Assembly (NCBI GenBank): GCA_010093605.1
Contig: MU004196.1
Span: 828,606-892,605, forward strand
Origin: Lophium mytilinum
Lineage: Eukaryota
DNA length: 64,000 nucleotides
Direction: 5' to 3'
Notes under the pieces: generated by a model
The model's database searches: none
What the model saw: only the letters and a program-made list of their open reading frames with translations
Told to the model about the DNA's origin: nothing
Position numbers and translations under genes: made by a program
Shown here: in pieces, positions 38,167 to 51,377 of the stretch
Layout: every line of letters starts with the position of its first letter
Position numbering within the stretch: the first letter of the stretch is position 1

Positions 38167-38830
38167 AATGTAATTGACAGTTTATGTGAGGGTTAAGTGA
38201 TAATCTGGATATATTAGATAGCTGTCGATGAAGTATGCTGCAATTGTAGAGGTATGTCTCTTGGAAATGTGTCTGTATGGCGGAGCTCCTCGGAAATAAA
38301 TACCATCATGATGATCGGTGCTTGATGAGATCATTCAGGGTTCGATAGACATGGGATTTATGCAGGGAGTAGATGTAAAGCTTAGTTGCACTTCCGGATC
38401 GACCCAACGCCTGGGCATTGTCTCTTATTTCCGGGAAGAAGGACTCTATTTCTCAGCCTCGAAACGAGCTCCTCAAGAATCTCGTGACTATGATGTGTTC
38501 CTGGGGTATCCGACAGACCGGAGCCCTCAATGTCTTAGCCTTGCACAAATAACGTCACACAGAATGCAAGCATTGGCCTCCTGCAATTGGCTAGGTCTCT
38601 GCGGGGCATTTCTTCGCCGCGGTGACGAAAACGGCATAGCTTACTCTGTGCTTGGCATTCTGTGAGACCTCAACCACGAGCGCAGTAGATTCCTAACCTC
38701 AGGCGCGGAACTACCCCTCGTGAGTTCGTCCGCTGCAACCACCCTCTCTTCCCGCACTCTGTATCATACAGTACCTCTACAGCTCTACGCTTTGTATTAC
38801 CTTCCGTCTCGCGTCGAACTCAACGCCATC

Positions 38831-40028
38831 ATGAGTGTAATTCTGTGTACCGGTAAGCTCCTCCCACTCCTCAGCTATGTCCAAACCTCAGTCAGCTAAC
38901 TTAGACTCAGCTGGTTATGACCATACTATCCGGTACATTATGCCCCCAATTCCTTACACCCGTCTTGTCCTCTGACGCACAGCCCAGCTTCTGGGAAGCT
39001 CTTTCCGGCATCTGCTCTCGCACTATCCCGCACCCCGACTCCCAGGTCAACAGACTCTGCATCTCCCCGGACAAGAAGTTTCTCGCCGCCGCGGGCCATC
39101 ATACGGTCAAGCTCTACGATATCCGCTCCAGCAATCCCAATGCCGTTCTTACTTTCGAGGGCCATACGAGCAACATTACGGGCGTTGCCTTTCACTGCGA
39201 GGGCAAATGGATGGTGACCAGCTCCGAGGATGGTACTGTCAAGATCTGGGACACCCGCATCGGCACCGTTCAGCGCAACTACGCGCATGGCGTCCCCGTC
39301 AACGACGTCGTTATCCATCCAAACCAGGGCGAGCTCATCAGCTGCGACCGCGGTGGCAACGTTCGCATTTGGGACTTGGGAGAGAACAAGTGCTCCCACC
39401 AATTGATCCCGGAGGACGACGTCTCTGTCTCCAGCGTCACTGTTGCGAGCGATGGCTCGATGCTTTGCGCTGGCAACAACGCGGTACATATTCTTATTCC
39501 ATACTTCTGACGACATCCTTATTCCTAACCCCATTCCCTTCCCCCATCCCCCTCGATTTCCCCTATTTCAATACTCACTTTACTTAGGGCAATGTCTATG
39601 TCTGGAAGATGGCCATGCGCGGCGAGAACACCCAACTCGCACCCGTCTGCAAATTCGTCGCGCACCAGACCTACATCACGCGCGTGCTGCTCTCCCCAGA
39701 CGTGCGCCACCTCGCGACCTGCTCGGCCGACCACACCGCGCGCATCTGGTCCACCGACACCATGACGCCGCACAACGTGACGCCGGCCGACAATCTCCCC
39801 ACCGACCGCGACAAGGACGCCTTCCCGCTCGAGACGACGCTGCACGGGCACCAGCGCTGGGTGTGGGACTGCGCCTTTAGCGCTGACAGCGCGTACCTTG
39901 TCACGGCCTGCAGCGACCACTACGCGCGCCTGTGGGAGCTGAATTCGCAGAGCATTATCCGGCAGTACAACGGCCATCATCGGGGCGCGGTGTGTGTGGC
40001 GTTGAACGATACGGCGGTGGGCACCTAG
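38831..40028 (+). CDS. LST8: TOR complex subunit LST8 (WD40)
   Basis: [28 protein letters not shown] (two tiny 5' exons), HQRWVWDCAFSADSAYLVTA, CVALND. Confidence 0.96.
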
Positions 40029-41327
40029 TTGGCTAGGAGCCTGCGTAGCCCTGCGAGGAGATACGCCTCGATTCTCTTATTCCGCTTTTGGAACTAAAGC
40101 GTGTGCATCAGCGACGGCGTTGGGATTCTGGGCTTACGGACGGAGTCTCTGACTATGGTTACGACTTTATGAGCTGCTCCTGGACTGTGGAGTTAATGGT
40201 CAAGCTCGTGTCTATTGAAGGTAGGTCTATATGACTGTTCGGTTTCTTCTGCACCTAATACCCCTGTACTCTCCCCTGCACTTCCCCCCTAGCGATTTTG
40301 AAGTGTTGGAAAATGACGGGATGTGTGTACTATTGTGCACGGCCGGCTCAGGTGGCTTGAAATGCTAGACCGATATCCAAAAGAACGGGCAAAATGTCAC
40401 GAAATAAAACATGTTTCAGAACCCTCCACACGATAATCAATTCATTGCCCCCCGCACTGCTTCTAGAACCGCACATACCGTGCCTGAAACAGCGTCACTC
40501 AGCCCCCCTCTGTAAACACACCCTCTCCCACCCCTGACAAGCCGAGAACAGAAAGCACTCCTTTACACACTATCTTACTATCACCTCTTCCCAAGAAAAC
40601 AAGGGAAAGAACGCCGAAAATGCCCCCCCCCCACCCTACCGTCCAATCCGAAGCACGCTCGCTCAAACAATGGAATACCCGTGGTCGAAAATAAATTAAA
40701 ACAATAATAAGAGAACATAGGAAGACATGTCTGAAATGAAAAATAGGTCGCGAGAGTTGAATAAGGCTCGTAATGGCGGCCGGGATCGAAACCCCCTTTC
40801 CCCCGTCTTCCCCCCTGCTTCCTTCTACCCCCGAACTGCATCCGCCTCATCCACCCTAATGTCCTGAACTGAGGAAGTGAAGAAACGCTCGCAAATCAGC
40901 GCCCCAAGAACCCAGCTAACCAGCTCGACACATTCTTCGTATTCGACGCCGTGCTGAGCGCGAGACTCTGCTCGCTCGCGTTGCTGGGCGAGGGCGCGGT
41001 GCGCGGCCGCTCGCGGGTCGGTGTCTTTGGCGGGCTTGAAACCGGTGGTGGGAGTGGGATCATCATCTTCGCTTTCGATTTGGAGGCGAACGTGTGGGTA
41101 TGGCTGTGCAAGCGCGAGTCATCCAACGGGACGGTACCCAGAGCAGTTTTTGGCTTTGCTTTGGATCCTGGGGGGAGGGTGTTGGAGCGCTGGGGGAGCT
41201 GTGTGAGGATGGATCCGGGCGATGAGAGCGGGACTGTGGGCGGATCAGTAGGGCGGAGAGGTGGAACGGTGCGAGGGACGGGGGAGGGGAGAGGAGGCGA
41301 GGAGGGAGAGGGGGAAGATGATGCGGC

Positions 41328-44300
41328 TCAAGCAGGGCTTTGAGCACCTTCACCCGGCAGCACCTCCTTTGCCTCTGCAGACGCCTCCGGCGGGCTCCCA
41401 CTCCCCTGCGGATCCTCTCCTGCCGTATTCTCTTCTCCTGCGTCCTCAGCGGGCCCGTCATTGTCTGCTGCTGCGGCCGCTGCGGCTGCCGCTTGTGCTA
41501 CCTTCGCTGCTTCACGCTTCTCCGCCGCTTTTTGCGCGCGCTCTTGCTGACGTTCCCAAACTTCGCGTCGGATGCGTTCGTCCTTTGCTTTACGGAGTCG
41601 ATCTGCTTCTTCGACACCGCCGCTCTTCTTGAGTTTGCCCTCCTCGACGAAAGAGCCGAGTTCCTTCTTGAATTCGCCTTCTTTGCGGCTCTCGAGCTCT
41701 TTCTGCCGGGCTTTCTCTGCGCGCTCGATGGCTTCAAGACGGCCTTCGTGGTTGGGTTGCAGCGCGCGGACTTCACCGAGCACACCGTCCTTGGCTTGGC
41801 GGGGGTCGACTGCCCTGTCGGCGCCGACGGCGTGGAGGAGGTTGCGGCCGCTGGCTGAGCGGGTTCCAGCGGGAGTGGCAGCGCCGCCGGATTGGAGGTT
41901 CTGCTGCTTGGTGGCTTGTTCGACCAGCTCGAACGTCTGCGCGGCCTTCTCCAAGTCGTCTTCCAGATCTGCCGCAAGTTCCTCTTGCATGGTGAGTAAA
42001 TCGCGCTCCTCGCACACGGCTTGGAGCTCCTGCTCCCAGATCTTGGTCCACAAGGGCTTCTCGCGGGTGAGGAAGTCCTTGAGCTTCTTGAGCTCGGCGG
42101 TCGCGGAGGCGATGTCCTTGGCGGTGCTTTCGAGCTGGCGAGGCAGAGGACGCACGCCGCGGGAGACGACGTCTTTTCGAAGGTCCTCCACCAGATCTTG
42201 CAGGTTGTCGACGCGATCGACAATTTTCTCGGAGTCGTCTTGGAGTTGCTTCTTGCCCGTGTTGACGTAGGCACGGCCGGTGTCGCCAGACAGGTCTGGT
42301 AGAGCGGCCTTGACTGCGGTATGCTTTACGGCAGCGGCTTTCGTGCGGATGTTGGCCATGCTGGCGCTGATGTCTGATGTGAATGAGGAGAAAGTCTGGC
42401 GGACGACAGCAAGGTCCCGACGTAAAGACTGGACCTCGTTCAATTGCGTTGCCGAAGTTATCGGTAATGCTGATGTTGGTGCAGGGGACGATGGAGCGAG
42501 TGCCCTTGATACGCGAGCCGACGAAAATGTAGGCGCAGCAGATATACTGGCGATCTCTTTGGCGGCGTCCTGCTGGCGATCCGAGACTCGTTGGATTGCG
42601 GATTGCTGATCATCAACAGCCGTCTTGATTTCTTCTACCACCTTACGCAATCCCCCTAGACCTTCATCGAAATGCTTTTTGACCTCGTCCAGAATTTCGA
42701 CATTGAGCACAAGCACAGATCGATCCTTGATGTCAGTTAGATCCTCCAATTCATGCCGTATTCCAGAGACTGGGTCTTGGATGTAAATTTCCGGTAGATC
42801 AAGGCCGTTGCTGTGAGTATTCCACGCAAACTTCTCGATAAATGCGAGTTGCAAACGCGCCAAAGACAGCTCATTATAGCCGTCAGGCAGGACAAACTTC
42901 TTAATTTTGCTCTTGTATTGCAAAAACAAAGTCAGTTCCTTGCCCGGTTCGGGAGATTGCTCCGGCGTAAACTGGTCCAGCTTTGGAGAGGGAGACTTGA
43001 ACTTCCTGGATCCATGCCTTGCTGGTATTGCTGATGGTCTCGGTTGTACTGGCTCATTCTCTACATTCACAACTAGCTGCACCGGTTCTCCTAGAGGGCC
43101 GCTAATGGTAGCCCCAAGGGAAGGCTTATCCTTTTCCGGAAATACGGGAGGTGTACCTAATTTATCATCCGGTGTTTTCTCCATGGGGCTATCTTCTGGT
43201 TGTGGCTCCCTGGGAGGTTTGATCGTTGGTACGTGCGAACTTTGATTACTTTCTTCAGAGATACGTCGGTCTGTGAGGTCGTTACGGCTTGGAGAAGTGT
43301 CCACGTTCGGCCTTTGGTGAGACCTTTGACGACTGTGCATCAAGGTTCCCGATCCCCGTACCCTCACGGCGTTCATCGACTCCCGCGCGTCCCGTCCCCT
43401 GTTTGGTATAGGGGAGTTTTGTGGAGGGAGCATGGGTATTCCATTTGAGCCTCCCAAATGCTTTTGGATCTGGTAGGCTGAGAACCGCCTGGAAGCCCTT
43501 CTTTCCAGCTCGCCGCCCCGTTGAAGAGCAGCCAGCGCGTCTTGTTGTTTCGGTGGTGGTGGCGGGGGTGGGGGTGGTGGGAAGTCCATGTAGGGCGGGG
43601 GAGGAGGGCCTTCCGTGGTCCCAGGCATGGTGTCGTCCTGCGGGTACGGAGAAATGACGGGGATGTTCTGCATAGTATTGCTAGACATGGAGGAATCGTT
43701 GGAGTGCTGGCTCGCTGTAGTGTTGCGGTTAACTCTGGGGTTTGCAGGTAGGCTGTCATATTTGCTGGGTGAAGATCTGCCTTGCACTGAGGACGTACGT
43801 GGAGGGAGGCCGTCAGGTGCGAAGTCGCTGCTGTTTTGCCTTGGTGGAGGCACTCTCGTGCTGGATGACCGCGCCTGGGTATCCTCCAATTCACTGGTGC
43901 TGCCCACGCTGTCCTGTCGCGGACTGGTCCCGTTTGGAACTGTGCCATCTCGCCCGCTCCGTTGGCGCAACCGGTGTTGTTTCTTTTTCAGGCCGTGCAG
44001 CAAGTTTATTATGATGTCTCTTATTCTCGGCAGGAAGTTGTCCAAGCTCGACTGTGAGGCCTCCTGGCTGAGCGTCTCTTCTAGTATGCCTCGTAATAGC
44101 TCCGGGACGTTTCCAAGGTCTTGGGTATCGACTCCGATGGCGTTGAAGGCCCGTGAGGCAATATTGAACTCGTACCCGAGGCGGACATAGACGTCAGAAA
44201 CCTCGCTCTCCGTCGCCGTCCCGCGGGACCAAAGGGTGAGAGTTTCCAGTAGCTGCTTAGTGGCGACTAGCAGATGCGTGACACTTTTCTCGATCTGCGA

Positions 44301-44569
44301 GAACTGTTGCTGGGGCTGGAGGGCGATGTTAGCTGTCAGACGCGGCAGACGGGCGGAGAGGAAGCTGAGAAAGGTGGAATCTCTGGACATACGTTCTGCG
44401 CACGGCGCGAGCCCCCGGAGCGTCCTGAGCCCTGGGATGAGCGAGGCCCGACATCGTCGCTATTGAGAGTCATGGTGGAGGAGTGGGAGGGAGGGTAGAG
44501 CGTGGCGTCGCTGTCGTGGGCAGGCGATGAGCGGTTGGACCTCAGGGAGCCGGAAGGGTACTGCTGCAT
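41328..44569 (-). CDS. BUD6: Actin-interacting polarisome protein Bud6/Aip3
   Basis: IEKSVTHLLVATKQLLETLT.W, ELTLFLQYKSKIKK, LQLAFIEKFA, DLRKDV..RGVRP, EKPLWTKIWEQEL. One 5' intron; start codon uncertain. Confidence 0.92.
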
Positions 44570-46103
44570 ATCTTGGGCACGCTTTCCGGGTGCGCGTAGA
44601 TGCAGGCGGTGGTGTTGTTCGCATGTATGTCTGCGACTTGGTGGTCAGTGGTGCAGTTGAGAGGCACCCTTGAATTGGGCTAGAATAAGCGCAGCCGCGA
44701 GAAGCATGCACGGCCCGTTCACCAGCCACCTCAGAATTTGTGCATTTGGGCGTGGTCAGGTCAGCGTCAGGTGGGCACGGGTTCGTATTGCTGCGTTGTC
44801 TCTATATCGGTCTGTCCCCAGGCCTCTCGTGCGCGCAAAGCTACGTATCCAGGGGCGGCGGGAACGGCATCGGGTGTTGACAGACTTGTGTACTTCACCT
44901 GGGGCTAGTGCGCGGACGCCACTGCAGCCCTAGAGCGCGAGCGCCTTGGGACGTGAACTGGTCTCACATCCAAAGGTAGCCTATGAATGCCGTCTGCAAC
45001 AACGATGAAAGAAGCTTCGGGGCAGTCGTGGATCCTGCGATCCGGCCTGAGTCAAGATGCGCCGTGCCACCACAGCAGGCGGGCGGAGGCTGCAATCGCA
45101 TTTGGACAGCGAGGCCGACATTTAATGCGTGAGGCGCTGGGCGTCTCGCTGGCACCATGCGGCCGAATCAGCGCAGGGCCCGCGTGAATGCTCGCTGTGA
45201 TTCGGGCGCAGACCGCTGACCGGACCGAGTGATGGAGGAGAGCGTAGAGATGATTATGGAGGTGAGCATGGAGAGGACGACGGCATCCGGAAACCTACTT
45301 ACTAGCAACTCTGGTGCATTCAACCACTTTGATGATTGATGAAGTCATACCAGCATCTTTTGTGGTCGGGTGTACTATTTGGAGTGCTTCCACAAGTTTC
45401 CAGACAGCCCAGAGCTCAGAGGTTCTACCTCGTTTATAATTCAAAGAATGAGCACCACAAACAGCGGCAGACAAGCATTGCGGTTGAGTGTGCCACGGGT
45501 GGGTTTGGTCACGGTGAATGGCTCCGCAGCCGTCTGGAAACATGCACATCCATGGATCTTTTAATGGTGACACAAACTTTGGCCGCTAAAACGGGGGAGG
45601 TGGCCGGAGAGAGAGGGCTGCTCCCGCACGCTGCCCGTTGAAGGCCCAATATCAGTCTTGTCCCACTTCTCACCGCGCTCCTCCGCTTCTGCTCTTCACG
45701 CTCTTCAGTTACCGGCTGCGTAGAACGTCGCCGCTTGGTCGCCCGTCTCGCCGTCTGTGGCGCACCGTTTCGTTGTTGGAGCATCCTGCCGGCACCAACG
45801 ACTGATCTCCCGCCCGCGCCAAGCCCGACTTAGCTGGACACGACTAGCGCTTCACCTTCCGCTCTCCAGGTCTACCTACACTTTCTAAACCTCAACACCA
45901 TCCCGCCTCTCCACGCCTCCACATCTCTCCTCTCTCCTCGCGACGCCCCGCCGGGCCTCCCAGGAACTTCCACGTCCACCGCCGATCCAGCGTGCGTGCA
46001 TTGTCCGCCTTGCGCTGACCGAGACCCTGAGCTCCACGGCCCAGAGCGGTCTCTCCTACTCCTCTCCTCAACCCCAACCTCCACGGCACCGTCCGCCAAC
46101 GCC

Positions 46104-49100
46104 ATGTCCACCGCGACCTCTGTCAACGGAGCCTCCAACGGGCCCTCCGCCCAGCAGCCCGCCGCCCTTAATACCCAGGGCCGTCCACAACTCAAGATGT
46201 CGTCGTCTGGGAAGCCCGACGCTGCGCGCAAGCAGGCTGGCAGTCCCCTTGATGGAAACCAACGGTAGGTGATCGCACTTCTCTCCCACCTCCCCCTCCC
46301 AGCTTCTCTGCACCATTGCCCATGCCCATGCCCGAGACCTTCCCCTTCTGTCCCCGCCTCACTCCCGTCGCGGAGCTGCGCTCCTCTCGTTTCGTTGAGC
46401 GATACTTTCTCGTGTGACCTTCATCCAGTCACATGGATAACCCGTGCGACAATTTATCTGTGAATTGCTGCCATCGCGCGCCATCTTGGCTGCCGTCGCA
46501 GTCCTTTGCGTCTGCTGCACTGCAGACCTCGTCTTCCTGGCCCCTTTGCACTTGTCTCTATTTGCTGACCTTGAAGCGCTCTCAGGAAACCTCCCCCTCA
46601 GCAGAAAGCTTGGGGACAGGGTACCAACCCTATCACCCAACGTGCCTCCAATGCGAATAACTCCAATGGCGTCGCCAATCCCTCGAAAGCCACTCCAGCG
46701 GCCCAAGGCCCTCCCTCGTCTCCTGCCGAAAGCCAGTCGTACATGAAACATATGAACGATAGGATGATGTTCCTGTTGGCCAGCCTCACGGTAAGAACCT
46801 CTCCTTACTACCCAATTTTATCATCATCTGTGGGCTTCGGCCTACGTTGCACAACCCAATGACCCAGGAATCTCCGGTTACACCGCATGCCATGATCAGA
46901 TCAGCACAAGCTAAACCTTCTCTCTTCACTTAGGGCCTGCCAACCAATTTCACACTCAAGAACGGCGAGAAATATACCGCGGTCTTCTCTGGTACCTCGC
47001 TCGATCCCTCTGAGATGCGCTACGTCTTCAAGATGGTGAAGCGTGTGCAAACCACGGGCGACCAGCAGGTCAATGGAGCTAGCGAGATATCAGATGACTA
47101 TGTCGGCGTTGGGGACAATCATGTCATGACCTGTGACATTAGCGATGTTGCCCACTTGAGCGTCGCCAATGTGGTGCTTGATAAGACCCGGGCGAGGCCA
47201 CAGAATGGTAATGACACCTTCCACTAAATCCTTCAGCGGTCACTCACCATGTATGCAGGAGTCTCGAGCTTCAGAACGGACGCAGATATCTCGGGCAACC
47301 TCGCAATTCGCGAACGAAATCTCCAGCGCTGGGAGCCATCCTCCGATGCTCACGAAGGCCTGACCTTGGAGGAGTCAGGCAAGGCTGGATGGGACCAGTT
47401 CGCTACCAACCAGCAACGCTTTGGCGTCGAGAGCACTTACGACGAGAGTATCTACACTACGACTATCGATCGCTCGAACCCATTATATCAGGAGAGGGCT
47501 GCCCGTGCAGAGAGAATTGCACGTGAGATAGAGTCTAGCACTACCTTGAACTCGCATGTCAACGAGGAGCGCGGCAATACCAATGTCGATGATAGCGGCG
47601 TTGACGAGGAGGAGAAGTGAGTTTCGCCTACTTGTCTCTTCTATCAATTGCTAACACACTTTACAGATACAGCGAAGTTCGACGAGACTTCCCACCATTG
47701 CCGAGCGGACAGCCTGGCAGATACACAGCCCCAGCTAAGCGTGCGCCCACTGGCTCCCCAACAGTTCCTGGCGTGCCCGTAGATCCCGCCATCATCTCCT
47801 CACAAATTGCTCGCCCCGTCTCTACTTCAACGAAGCCACCGGCAGTGGTTGATGCTCCGGCAACAGAGAAGCGTCCTGCTCCAGAGGCAGCAAAGGCAGA
47901 ACCATCTGTCCCTGCAGCAGCTGAAGCCCCCAAGGGCCCCATTGACTCGAAGAATGCTGCTTCGAAGCCGCTGTCCGAGTCCGCTCAGAAGCTGACTGCA
48001 GCTCTGAAGCCTGCGGGTGCGGGCGCACCGGCACCACGCAAAGTCGGCCGGGGCGACAACGCAACAGCCAACGTGGAGCACGACCTCCTTGACTCATTCA
48101 AGCAGTTCTCAGCAACTGAGAAGCTGCGTGTGCAGGAACGCCAACGATCCATGGCCCGGGAATCCAAGGCTGTCAAACTTAATGACCTCAAGAAGTTCTC
48201 TCAGAACTTCAAGCTTAACACACCTGTGCCAACGGATCTTGTCCCGATCCTTGCCAAGGACGAAGGGAAGCAGAAGCACATCGTCGAAAAAGCGCTGAAG
48301 GCTGTGCAGGAGCAGAAGTCAACTCCACCAAAGCCGGCCCCGGTTGTTGCTGATCAGAAGGCTCCACGACCGGCAAACTCCAAACCAGATCCCACTCATA
48401 CTTCTCCCATCGCCGAGCGTCAGGCCATGCCACGCCAGCGCTCTAGCCAGAACAACTACAACTCGGTACCGATGAGAGGACCAGGAGGAAATCACGTCCA
48501 AAACCAAAACACGAATCAGCCTCCTCCGCGATCTGGTACTGGCACTGGACTGCTCAGTCAACGACTTGCTGTTACCCAGCAGCAGCACAGAGCAGGGACT
48601 TCACAGTACAACGTGCCTCAACCAGTTCCCATCCAAGACATGCGCATCGTTGCACCTACCGGACCGTCTGCCAACTCCAGTGGCATTCCGACTCCGACAT
48701 CGACCGCCTCGACGAGATTCAATGTCCGAGCCGCGGATTTCAAACCCAACCCGAATGCCAACGCTTTCACTCCCGGTGGAAACCCAAGCGCAGGGAACAG
48801 CCCCAGACCTAGCTCCGCTGCCCGCCCAGAGCCTCGCAAGACTCCCATCACCAGCTTCTTTGGGGGCCAGAAGCCTTCTGGGGAGGCCCTACCCTTTGAC
48901 GACGCTTTTAATTCTATCAAGCGCATGTTGAAGGAGGTCCAAGACGACAATAGAATCAAAGATTTTGCAGCCAACGGCGGCATTCCACAGGCTTATCGTA
49001 CCCCACCTACCTGGGACGTCCCTGACGCAAACAAGGACAAGAATCATGTGGAAATGTTCGAGAGACCTACGCCCCCTCAGCCCATCTCAGCTCCTCACGC

Positions 49101-50018
49101 TCCACTGGGCAACGGACCCATTCCACACCAGCATCAACTTCCGCCACATCTACAAGGCCCCCAGAACATGCAGCAAGCGCATACCCCACAGCACACACCC
49201 CAACACCGCGCGGTACAACCACACCATAACCAGAACGGCCCTCAGCACTTCGATGGCGGCCACCACATGCAGTTCTCACATTCAAATTCGTCTGTACACC
49301 CTTCGCCACGCGCGATGCCACCGTACATGTACAACGGCCAGCCTCAGGCGATGCCAGTCTTCCAGCAGCCGCCCATGCAGTTCGGTATGAACCCAAACAT
49401 GCATCCAGCGGGCATGCGCGGACAGCCTGGATTCCCCAATGGCCCCCCTGCGATGGGAGGACACATGATGACTAACCAGACATCAGCTGGCCCGTACATG
49501 GGCATGCCACCGAATCCACAGATGCATATGTATTCTCCTGGCCCGCAGCAGGCCTTCCCTCACTACCCTCAGCAGATGACGGCACCGCCTGGCGCCAATG
49601 GCTTTCCTAATAGCCCACGACCCGGCGCGCCGATGATGAGCCACCAAGGCTCGCAGCAAGGACACCAACAACAGCCTGTCATCTATATGCAGCCGAATGG
49701 CCAGGCCGGACCCCAAATGTTCGCCCAAATGCCTCAAGGTCCAAGTAAGTAGGCTCCCTCGTTACCAACAAGTCGCAAGCTAACCATTCAGCAGTGACTC
49801 CGATGCGTGGGCCTTACCCCCAGCCTCACCAGCCTCACTACGGCTCACCACACCAGCATAACCAATATCCGCAACAGCCCCATCGAGGCACTCCGAGCGC
49901 CAGTTACAGTCAGCCCATGATTCAGCAACACTCGCAGCAGCACTCGATGCCTCCTCAGGGCCCTGCGCCGACCGGACCAGCCGCCCATGGCCCGGAAGGC
50001 GGCGAGGAGGTGAAATGA
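46104..50018 (+). CDS. PBP1: Ataxin-2 homologue, poly(A)-binding protein-binding protein (Lsm/LsmAD)
   Basis: FRTDADIS, WDQFATN..FGV.STYDESIYTT.ID..A.RIAREIE (LsmAD), PAM2-like FNVRAADFKP, and a Q/P/M-rich low-complexity C-terminus. Confidence 0.92.
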
Positions 50019-51200
50019 GCACTTGCGACTTGACGGCGGACGCTGTCGCGGGGACCCAGCTTCCCTTTGGAGAGCAAAGCCCCTGCACGGCTGGTCGCTG
50101 TAAACAAAGTTTGCATGCTTTGAGCTCCTTCTTTTACCGATACCCTTGTGCTGGAGTCCGACTGATTGCTTTGCATTTAGCGATGGCTAGGTTACTCTCG
50201 GAGTGCGTGCGTCTTCTTTCTTGGCTGCCGCAACCCACTAAAAGCATAGCATCAGCGACTGGCGTTACTATATGGATATGGTCATGGGTATGGATGGGTG
50301 GTGGTGTCCGAGAGAATCAACTTGTCTCTGGATACTCTCGAGATGGCTTTCCGGTGGATGGAAGCTTTGTGATAAGGTGTTCTGAGGCGTCGATGGCTTG
50401 TGGATGGATGAGGTCGTCGGCGGCGCGCTAAGGGTGGCATGGTGATGGTGGTCGCCTGCGTCCTAGTGCTTGGCGATGGCTCCAAGTCTCAGGACTTGAT
50501 TCAGACTTTGGTTCGTTCGGATTGACGAACTCGGAGTCAAACATTTTGGAATTGATGGAAGCAAGGGTGTTGGCTGGTGAGCAGTGAGGAGGTGAGTTTG
50601 CGGAGTGAGCGAGGCTGATCCAGACTGTCTGTCCACAGAGGGTGGGTAGCAGGGTGGATGAAGGGGTCCAGAGGGAAGCTGTCGGCCTGCGTGCTGCACG
50701 GCGGCCTGTCATCTTTAGGGCTCCCTTCGGCCTGGTTCAGCTCGCCTGATAACATAATAGAAATCGATCAAGATAGTTTGAAGCATGGACGGTCCCTTGT
50801 GTGTGCTGATGATGTATGGTGCCTTGTCGTACACTCTCCTGCCGCCCCGCAGCTTCCTCTAACATTGCGCTGTCTTATCACTATTCTGTTCTTTCCTATG
50901 CTCTTCTACACCCTTCTTTCTGTTCAAGCATTTCATCCCATGTTATCCCCAAAACAGCATACAAGTTCCAGCAACGGTTGGAACACTGTAATCTAAGCGT
51001 TGTAATTAAATCCTATCGATATTCCTATGGCGTTTCCCGTGTTCATTACAGCGTTTAAAAGAAGATAATTCCCTACCTTGGCAAAGGCTGTGACATCAAG
51101 CGATGGGGCTACCTAATCTCGGGGTGTTCTTACAACGCAGGCGGCGGAGCCGCAGCAAGCTTCTAGCGACGTCCTTACGTCGCAGGCTGTCCTAACACAG

Positions 51201-51377
51201 GGCGGCCGGAGGATTGTTGTTCTTGTAGGACACGATTTGAAGATGGAGCTGGAGGCACTAAATAAACTGTTTAACCCCTTCGGCAATGCTTCCGACTTGA
51301 ACCGCGTCATCCACTACTGCATTGATACACACATCCTGATTGAAGTGTATATGAAGGGAAAGCCTTCAGGCTGGTAA
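51201..51377 (+). pseudogene. Fragment of DEDDh 3'-5' exonuclease (Gfd2/QIP-like)
   Basis: Translates as GGRRIVVLVGHDLKMELEALNKLF...HYCIDTHIL, bounded by in-frame stops with no upstream start codon. Confidence 0.5.
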
